From Candidatus Pampinifervens sinense (GTDB lineage: Bacteria > Aquificota > Aquificia > Aquificales > Aquificaceae), in the NCBI GenBank assembly GCA_037927135.1, contig JAXSPP010000011.1, positions 1 through 17,944 of the forward strand: DNA of 17,944 bases, written 5' to 3'. The notes beneath the pieces were generated by a model that saw nothing but the letters and a program-made list of their open reading frames with translations, did not search any database and was not told the DNA's origin. Both the position numbers and the translations under genes were made by a program. Of the stretch, positions 1-5,441 are shown in pieces; within the stretch, counting starts at the first letter, position 1, and every line of letters starts with the position of its first letter.

Positions 1-22
1 GGTAAGGTGGTATAATTTCCAT
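1..22 (-). CDS. 5' end of an unidentified gene running off the left edge (MEIIPPY...)
   Basis: Minus strand reads GGAGG (35-31), 8 nt, then ATG (22-20) GAA ATT ATA CCA CCT TAC. Only 7 codons are visible, so the product cannot be assigned. Confidence 0.5.
8..16 (+). promoter_or_regulatory. Extended -10 promoter motif (TGnTATAAT), antisense to the left-edge gene
   Basis: TGGTATAAT at 8-16, identical to the motif upstream of the tRNA-Glu. The -35 region lies outside the window. Confidence 0.4.
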
Positions 23-24
23 GG

Positions 25-46
25 TAAAAACCTCCGATGGTTTTTA
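25..46. repeat. Inverted repeat/hairpin overlapping the Shine-Dalgarno of the left-edge gene
   Basis: TAAAAACC (25-32) TCCGAT GGTTTTTA (39-46), an 8-bp perfect stem containing CCTCC/GGAGG at 31-35. Confidence 0.6.
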
Positions 47-68
47 GGGCTACTATTATAGTAGCCCT
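46..68. repeat. Perfect 10-bp inverted repeat (stem-loop or operator)
   Basis: AGGGCTACTA (46-55) TTA TAGTAGCCCT (59-68). There is no U-tract directly after the stem on either strand; a T5 run follows at 75-79 on the + strand. Confidence 0.85.
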
Positions 69-165
69 GCTGTCTTTTTATTGATATGGAAGGTTTAGCT
101 TAAAGGGAATTTCTCACTCGGCGTATAATTTCCTCCCTTAATAATAATATCGCCAAAAAACTGTT

Positions 166-957
166 TTATTTAATTTCTACATAAACTCCTTCCCTAATCT
201 TTATGGCTGTATGCCTTCTTCCAGTATCCTCAAGGATGGTCTCCTCTGAGGTCATCTCTTCCCGCAGTTTTTCCGCAAGGTCAAGGGCTTCTTGGGGCAC
301 ACTACCATAGCCCTCAAAGTCAAAGTCTTTTGAAAACTCCTCAATAAGCACCTCTACCACCTCTTCAGGTTTTACCTTCCTTTTTAGTTCTCTCTCCAGC
401 CAGCTTATATTGTCCCAAAGGCTTTTTCTTACCAACTCTCTTTGATTTTTATCTTTTAGAGCAAAAAGCTCTGCCATGAGGTCTGGGTCAAAGCGTATTA
501 GGATGTTTCCAACAAAGACAAAGAGCTTTCCTATATCGGCAGAACCTTGACCACTTATCTTCCTTTGACTTTCCTTTACCACAAGGTCGCTTATGGGCTT
601 GTATTCTACTTCCACACCAAGCCTTTTGTAAGCTCTGATAACCGGCTGGGATAGCTTTTTGTATGCATCTTCCACTTTAAAGGGAGCCTTGCTTTTGTGT
701 ATCAAAAGTTGATAAAATACCTGGCCTGGTGCCAAAAGCACCGCACCACCGCCTGTTTGCCTCCTTATAACAGCTATGCCAAGCTCCTTACATCTTTTCA
801 AGTCTATTATCTCCTCCGCCTTATCAAAGTAGCCAAGGCTTATGTAAGTATCTTCCGGCTCGCACAAAATTAACCCTTCATAGCCAAGCTCTGCCATAGC
901 ATGAAAGAGGGTGGTGGAGATCATGTTTGGAAGCCTTCCAAGCTTGTATATCTTCAT
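166..957 (-). CDS. Lipoate-protein ligase / lipoyltransferase family protein (BPL_LplA_LipB catalytic domain only)
   Basis: 263 aa with RRQTGGGAV and RKISGQG motifs and GNILIRFD. No C-terminal LplB-type accessory domain. Confidence 0.88.
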   Translation of the reverse strand: MKIYKLGRLPNMISTTLFHAMAELGYEGLILCEPEDTYISLGYFDKAEEIIDLKRCKELGIAVIRRQTGGGAVLLAPGQVFYQLLIHKSKAPFKVEDAYKKLSQPVIRAYKRLGVEVEYKPISDLVVKESQRKISGQGSADIGKLFVFVGNILIRFDPDLMAELFALKDKNQRELVRKSLWDNISWLERELKRKVKPEEVVEVLIEEFSKDFDFEGYGSVPQEALDLAEKLREEMTSEETILEDTGRRHTAIKIREGVYVEIK

Positions 958-966
958 CTTCCAAAG

Positions 967-976
967 ATTTTAAAAT
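967..976. promoter_or_regulatory. Palindromic bidirectional -10 element serving the ligase gene and fliA
   Basis: ATTTTAAAAT gives TAAAAT on + (971-976, 7 nt before ATG 984) and on - (972-967, 9 nt before ATG 957). The intergenic gap is 26 bp and has no SD. Confidence 0.55.
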
Positions 977-983
977 ATTTCCA

Positions 984-1670
984 ATGACAGCAGAAGAGAA
1001 GGAGCTTGTGCTCTCTTATCTGCCCTTGGTTAAAGAGATAGCCTACAGGCTCTACAGGCACTTGCCAAAGTCTGTGGATGTTAGGGACCTAATAGGCTAC
1101 GGTGTGCTTGCAGTGGTAGAAGCCCTTCCAAAGCTTGACAAAAACAAAAACCCTACGGCCTACTTGAAGCTACGCATAAAGGGAGCCATGTATGACTATC
1201 TTAGAAGCATTGACTTTGCAAGCAGGAATGTAAGGTCTAAGGAAAAGGCCATAAGGCAGGCCTTAGAAAAGCTTAGCATAGAAAAGGGAAGGGAAGTGAG
1301 CGATGAGGAATTGGCAGAGTTCCTTGGAGAGGACCCAGAAAGGTTAAAAGAGGACCTTCAAGCTATAAGCTTTTCATACCTTATGAGCCTTGAGGAGATA
1401 TTTTCTGAGAGAAGAAGCTATGAAGAGCTTTTTGAAAGCAAAGAGGAGAGCCCAGAAGAGATTGTGATAAAAAAGGACATAAGGGAAAAGCTTTTAAAAG
1501 CCATAGAAAGACTTGAAAAAAGGGAAAAGCTTGTGCTTCAGCTACTTTACTATGAGGAGCTACCCCTCAAAGAGGTAGCAAAGCTTTTGGGTGTGTCCAT
1601 GGCAAGGGTGTCTCAGATAAAGAGCTCTGCCATAGAAAAGCTCAAAAGCTATTTAGCCTCTGCTCTATAG
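984..1670 (+). CDS. fliA: RNA polymerase sigma-28 factor (FliA/WhiG family)
   Basis: Region 2 motifs DLIGYG and RIKGAMYDYLRSID; region 4 HTH LYYEELPLKEVAKLLGVSMARVSQI. Start moved from the track's TTG 927 (which overlaps the divergent gene) to ATG 984. Confidence 0.93.
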   Translation: MTAEEKELVLSYLPLVKEIAYRLYRHLPKSVDVRDLIGYGVLAVVEALPKLDKNKNPTAYLKLRIKGAMYDYLRSIDFASRNVRSKEKAIRQALEKLSIEKGREVSDEELAEFLGEDPERLKEDLQAISFSYLMSLEEIFSERRSYEELFESKEESPEEIVIKKDIREKLLKAIERLEKREKLVLQLLYYEELPLKEVAKLLGVSMARVSQIKSSAIEKLKSYLASAL

Positions 1671-1941
1671 ACTCTATGATCTTCTCATAAAGGTATCTTA
1701 TTTCGTAGGCCATGTTTATGAGCCTTTTGTTTTTTGTGGCCTCAGCCCTGCCCACCAAGGGCATGATGTTTTTCTTCAATTGGTCCTTGTATTCTTCTAG
1801 GTCGCACCTTAGCTCTTCCGCCGTTAGGTCCTCTATGGTGGCTAAATAACTTCTGTATAACATCTTGGCGGATATAAGCACATGCTCCAATTCCTTCTCA
1901 AGGTCTCCCTTGTCCAGTCCTGCCTTTGTAAAGTCTCCCAT
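1642..1941 (-). CDS. Hypothetical 99-aa helical protein
   Basis: ATG 1941 overlaps the upstream stop (TAATG coupling). Genome-typical codon usage and amphipathic helices. Its 3' end overlaps fliA by 29 nt. Confidence 0.75.
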   Translation of the reverse strand: MGDFTKAGLDKGDLEKELEHVLISAKMLYRSYLATIEDLTAEELRCDLEEYKDQLKKNIMPLVGRAEATKNKRLINMAYEIRYLYEKIIESIEQRLNSF

Positions 1942-3194
1942 TATGGCTCCACCACCACACAATGATAGTTTTTAAGATAATTCTCCCTTAGCCTTTTCAC
2001 CTCTTCAAAGCTCACAGCCCTTATCCTTTCCGGATACTCCTGGTCCATCCTCCATCCAAAGCCCATAACCTCAAAAAAGCCCAAATACCAAGCCTGCCTT
2101 GCCCTTGTCTGATGGGCCAACAGAAAATCACCTATTATCTTATTCTTGGCAAGCTCCACATCCTCTGGAGTTATCTCGGCCTTTTGCACCACCTCTATCA
2201 TATCCCTTAGGGCATCTTCCTTCTTTTCCGGCGATGTGCCAATGTAGGCCATAAGCCTTGGAGAAGAAAGGCGAGTAGGATAGGTAGAGTAGACCGCATA
2301 GGCATAGCCTTTTCTTTCCCTTAGTTCTTTAAAAAGCTTTGAGGTCATGCCATCACCTAGCACGCTGTCAAGCACCTTAAAGGCAAAGTATTCCTCCGTT
2401 CTGAAGTCTGGAGCATCAAAGGCACAAAGGACAGTGGCTTGAGATCCGGGCCTTTTGACCCTTTCCACAAGGTTTTCCACCATGGGCACACTCTTTGGCT
2501 CTACCTTGTACTCCCCCTCTGGCAAGGCTGAAAAGACTTCTTTGAGCAAAGGCAAAACCTCTTCTGATTTGAAGTCTCCCACCAGACTTACCACCACATT
2601 CCTTGACTTTAAAACCTCCTTCCATCTTTTGACAATGTCCTCCCTATTTATGGCCTTTACATCTTCTTCTTGGCCCAGTGGGCCTACCTCATAGTTGGAA
2701 CCCTTGTAGGTTATCCTCCTTAAGGTATCGCTTGCAAGCTCATGGCCCCTTTCCCTCCTTGACCTTATGGCCTGAAGCACATTCTTCTTTTCCCTCTCTA
2801 TATCCTCTTGAGAAAAGGTAGGCTCCGTCAAGAGGCTTTTTATGACCTCCAGACCCTTCTTTAGACCCTCCACCTTGGTGGAAAAACCTATCTCCACATA
2901 GTCATCGGCCGTAGAAGTGTATATATTTCCCCCATAATCTTCAAAGGCGCTGGCTATCTCATAAAAGTTGTATGTTTTTGTTCCCTTTGTGAGGAGAGTG
3001 GCCATAAGGTTTGTAAGACCCCTCTTCTCCTCTCCATAGGTGCCAGACTTTATAAAGATCACACCAGAAACTATGCCCTTGCCCTGTGTTTCTTTCAATA
3101 TAAGCTTTACGCCGTTTTGCAAGCTGTGTTCTTGCACCTTCACACCTCCAAAGGAAAGACTAAGGAGAAAAAACAGAAGTATTATATAGCTCAT
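1941..3194 (-). CDS. M16B peptidase, non-catalytic subunit, with signal peptide
   Basis: M16 fold. HxxEH is replaced by TNLMATLL, but the substrate-binding R/Y pair is kept (ELRERKGYAY). Hydrophobic N-terminus. ATGA overlap with the upstream stop. Confidence 0.9.
   Translation of the reverse strand: MSYIILLFFLLSLSFGGVKVQEHSLQNGVKLILKETQGKGIVSGVIFIKSGTYGEEKRGLTNLMATLLTKGTKTYNFYEIASAFEDYGGNIYTSTADDYVEIGFSTKVEGLKKGLEVIKSLLTEPTFSQEDIEREKKNVLQAIRSRRERGHELASDTLRRITYKGSNYEVGPLGQEEDVKAINREDIVKRWKEVLKSRNVVVSLVGDFKSEEVLPLLKEVFSALPEGEYKVEPKSVPMVENLVERVKRPGSQATVLCAFDAPDFRTEEYFAFKVLDSVLGDGMTSKLFKELRERKGYAYAVYSTYPTRLSSPRLMAYIGTSPEKKEDALRDMIEVVQKAEITPEDVELAKNKIIGDFLLAHQTRARQAWYLGFFEVMGFGWRMDQEYPERIRAVSFEEVKRLRENYLKNYHCVVVEP
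3143..3149 (-). promoter_or_regulatory. Internal Shine-Dalgarno GGAGGTG before in-frame GTG 3137
   Basis: GGAGGTG-TGAAG-GTG, at codon 20 of the non-catalytic M16 subunit. Confidence 0.55.
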
Positions 3195-4480
3195 TTTTCT
3201 GGCACCATAATAACCTCGCTGTATGGCCTGCCAAGAATATACTTCTCAAGCACCCTTAAAACATCCTCCCTTCTTACGCTTCTTATGTTGTTCTCAAAGT
3301 ATTTATAGTAGTCCAAAAGGCCCACAACGGTGAGAGAATAGCCTATATAAAAGGCATCATTTTCCACCTTTTCAAGGGCAAAAACCTCCGAGTTTATCAC
3401 CCTCTCCTTTGCCTTTTGCACCTCTTCCTCTGTAAGGTTCTCTTTTAAATCTTCCATAAGCTTAAAGGCCCTTTCCTTTACCTCCTCAAGCCTCTCCTTA
3501 TCAAGGGTGGCAGAAAGGAAAAAGACATTATCCATTGGCCTTCCAAAGTCTCCTGTGTATATGCCATACACAAGCCCCTTTTCCTTTAGTTCTCTATAGA
3601 AAAGGGAAGTTTTTCCGTTGCCCAGTATCTGGTCAAGGACCACAAGGGCATAGTATTCCTTTGTGCCTATGGCTGGCACCCTCCAGCCTATAAGCCAATA
3701 GGTCTTCTCCACCCTTGGGTCCTTTATTAGCTTGCTTCTGTTTTCCAACTGCTCTGGTTCTGGAAGTATGCTTGGCCTTTGCACGGGCCTTCCCTCTTCC
3801 TTTCCAAAGGTGCCAAGGGCCTCTTGATAGACCTCTTCAGGGTCCACATCCCCCACCACCACTATAAACATGTTCTTTGGCTGGTAGAAGTTTTTGTAGA
3901 ACTCAAGAAGCATGGATCTATTGAACTTCTGGATTGTCTCCTCGTAGCCTATTATAGGATAGCGGTATGGAGAGACCTTGTATATTAGCTTTTCAAACTC
4001 CTCCCAAAGCACGGTGGTAGGATTGTCCTTTCCACGCCTTAGCTCCTCTATAACTATGGGCTTTTCCTTCTCTATCATATCTTCAAGGAGTAAGGGCTTT
4101 TGCGTTAGCTGATAGAGAACCTCAAAGGCCTGCTTCCAATAGGGCTTGGCTATGGTAATGTGATAAAAGGTGTATTCCTTGGAAGTGCCAGCATTGATGT
4201 TTCCGCCAAGGCTTTCCACTATGTAGTCTATCTGGCCGTAGGCATACTTTTCCGAACCGTTGAAAAGCATATGTTCCAAAAAGTGCGCCATACCCTTTTG
4301 GTGATAGTCCTCGTATATGGACCCCACCTTAAACCAAACATGAAGGGCAACAGCCTGAGTATCTTCCCTTTTGTTTATCACAAGCTTGGCTCCGTTGGGA
4401 AGCTTGTAGACCCTTAGCTCTCCAGAAAGGGCAACAGCCACCATAATAAGCACCTCCAAGATTATTAAAGATAGTCTCAT
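3191..4480 (-). CDS. M16B zinc peptidase, catalytic subunit (pitrilysin family), with signal peptide
   Basis: GMAHFLEHMLF (HxxEH), NAGTSKEYTFY, and EKEKPIVIEE (third ligand region). ATG 4480 is preferred because TACAAT lies 7 nt upstream; ATG 4489 and ATG 4444 are alternatives. Confidence 0.93.
   Translation of the reverse strand: MRLSLIILEVLIMVAVALSGELRVYKLPNGAKLVINKREDTQAVALHVWFKVGSIYEDYHQKGMAHFLEHMLFNGSEKYAYGQIDYIVESLGGNINAGTSKEYTFYHITIAKPYWKQAFEVLYQLTQKPLLLEDMIEKEKPIVIEELRRGKDNPTTVLWEEFEKLIYKVSPYRYPIIGYEETIQKFNRSMLLEFYKNFYQPKNMFIVVVGDVDPEEVYQEALGTFGKEEGRPVQRPSILPEPEQLENRSKLIKDPRVEKTYWLIGWRVPAIGTKEYYALVVLDQILGNGKTSLFYRELKEKGLVYGIYTGDFGRPMDNVFFLSATLDKERLEEVKERAFKLMEDLKENLTEEEVQKAKERVINSEVFALEKVENDAFYIGYSLTVVGLLDYYKYFENNIRSVRREDVLRVLEKYILGRPYSEVIMVPEK
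4451..4457 (-). promoter_or_regulatory. Internal Shine-Dalgarno GGAGGTG before in-frame ATG 4444
   Basis: GGAGGTG-CTTATT-ATG within the signal-peptide coding region of the catalytic M16 subunit. Confidence 0.55.
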
Positions 4481-4487
4481 GGCATAC

Positions 4488-4493
4488 ATTGTA
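4488..4493 (-). promoter_or_regulatory. Putative -10 element (TACAAT) for a leaderless M16 transcript
   Basis: TACAAT-N7-ATG 4480. No convincing -35. Confidence 0.4.
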
Positions 4494-4570
4494 AAATCAC
4501 TTTTCTATTTTAAGACTTCTGCCATTTTTGAAACATCTTCATTGCCCATAAAAGAGCTTTAAATTTAATT

Positions 4571-4966
4571 TCATAACAATCCTTCCCTTTTCATAGCCTC
4601 TTCCACTTCTGGATTTCTCTTCGCCAAACTTCTTAGGACCTTTTCCATTTTATCGCTTTTTTCTTCCAATTCCTTTGTCTTTTTTACTACAGGAGATATA
4701 GCTGTTCTTATATCCCACATTACCAAGCCTATAAGTATTCCCATACCACCAAAAAGAATACCAAAGCCCCATAGCATCAAAGTCCTTAGATCGTCAATTT
4801 GTTTTTGAGTTGATATCTTTAAGTCGTCAATCTGTTTTTGCAAAAACTTTTGACCTTCTTCCAACCTTATAAGCCTGTCTCTATCTTCTTGTGTAAAAGG
4901 CACTTCCTTAGCCAAAGCAAGGTTAAGAAAACTCAAGAAGAAAAACACCAATAAAATCCTTCTCAT
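4571..4966 (-). CDS. Signal peptide + coiled-coil + single TM protein, paralogue A (131 aa)
   Basis: MRRILLVFFFLSFLNLALA signal, EVPFTQEDRDRL, two QKQIDDL repeats, TM LMLWGFGILFGGMGILIGLVMWD, C-terminal coil. The track's TTG 5002 is the -35 box, so the start is ATG 4966. Confidence 0.85.
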   Translation of the reverse strand: MRRILLVFFFLSFLNLALAKEVPFTQEDRDRLIRLEEGQKFLQKQIDDLKISTQKQIDDLRTLMLWGFGILFGGMGILIGLVMWDIRTAISPVVKKTKELEEKSDKMEKVLRSLAKRNPEVEEAMKREGLL

Positions 4967-5240
4967 AGGGTAAATTTTAAATTTCTGCACACCCTTTGTC
5001 AATTTAAAGCTTACAAAAGTCCCGCCTTCTTTAAGGCTTGCTCTATCTTTGGGTCTTCTTTAGCCAATTCCTTTAAAACCTTTTCCACCTTATCGCTTTT
5101 GTCTTCCAACTCCTTTGTCTTTTTTACTACAGGAGATATGGCTGTTCTTCTGTCCCACATTACCAGGCCTATTAAAATTCCCATACCACTAAACAAAACA
5201 CCAAAGCCCCATAGCATTAAGGTCCTTAAATTGTCAATCT
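4641..5240. repeat. Direct repeat between tandem paralogues (440-bp offset)
   Basis: 4641-4800 vs 5081-5240: 140/160 identical nt by hand count, ungapped. Confidence 0.9.
4974..5002 (-). promoter_or_regulatory. Near-consensus sigma70 promoter, leaderless mRNA
   Basis: TTGACA (5002-4997)-N17-TAAAAT (4979-4974)-N7-ATG 4966. No SD. Confidence 0.8.
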
Positions 5241-5421
5241 GTTTTTGAAGACCATCAATCTGCCTCTGCAAAGCCTTCTGCCCTTCTTCCACCTTCACCT
5301 CAAGCCTCTCAACCTTAATCTCCACATTTCTAAGCCTATCCCTATCCTCCTGAGTAAAAGGCACCTCTCTTGAAAAGACAAAGGTCAAAAGCATAAGCAT
5401 AAGCACAAAAAACCTTACCAC
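5011..5421 (-). CDS. Signal peptide + coiled-coil + single TM protein, paralogue B (136 aa)
   Basis: AGGAGG SD (5434-5429) 7 nt before GTG. Same EVPFTQEDRDRL and LMLWGFG...WD motifs as paralogue A. Confidence 0.88.
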   Translation of the reverse strand: MVRFFVLMLMLLTFVFSREVPFTQEDRDRLRNVEIKVERLEVKVEEGQKALQRQIDGLQKQIDNLRTLMLWGFGVLFSGMGILIGLVMWDRRTAISPVVKKTKELEDKSDKVEKVLKELAKEDPKIEQALKKAGLL

Positions 5422-5441
5422 TTTAAAACCTCCTAAGGCTT

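Larger units (their letters stand above)
4555..5011. repeat. 11-bp inverted repeats bracketing paralogue A and its promoter
   Basis: AGCTTTAAATT at 4555-4565 and its reverse complement AATTTAAAGCT at 5001-5011. Confidence 0.5.

Noticed and set aside
21-47. + strand mini-ORF MVKTSDGF after TATAAT
   Set aside because: The ATG is only 4 nt from the -10 box, there are 8 codons and no SD. The minus-strand SD+ATG explains the region better.
46-68. Intrinsic terminator call for the perfect hairpin
   Set aside because: It is followed by A5 on the minus strand and by GCTGTC before any T run on the plus strand, so it was kept only as an inverted repeat.
23-165. Known riboswitch (fluoride, preQ1, Moco, T-box) or sigma54 promoter in the leader
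   Set aside because: Only scattered partial words match. No complete consensus fold could be built by eye, and TGGCGA lacks the -12 TTGC. An Rfam scan would settle it.
927-983. Track's N-terminal extension of FliA (TTG 927)
   Set aside because: It overlaps the divergent gene, is not sigma-like, and ATG 984 has a well-placed -10 box.
2416-4417. Short alternative-frame and antisense ORFs inside the M16 genes
   Set aside because: They are fully nested in well-supported genes, with no motifs or RBS; shadow ORFs.
4967-5002. Track's TTG start for paralogue A
   Set aside because: The TTG belongs to the TTGACA -35 box, and the signal peptide begins at ATG 4966.
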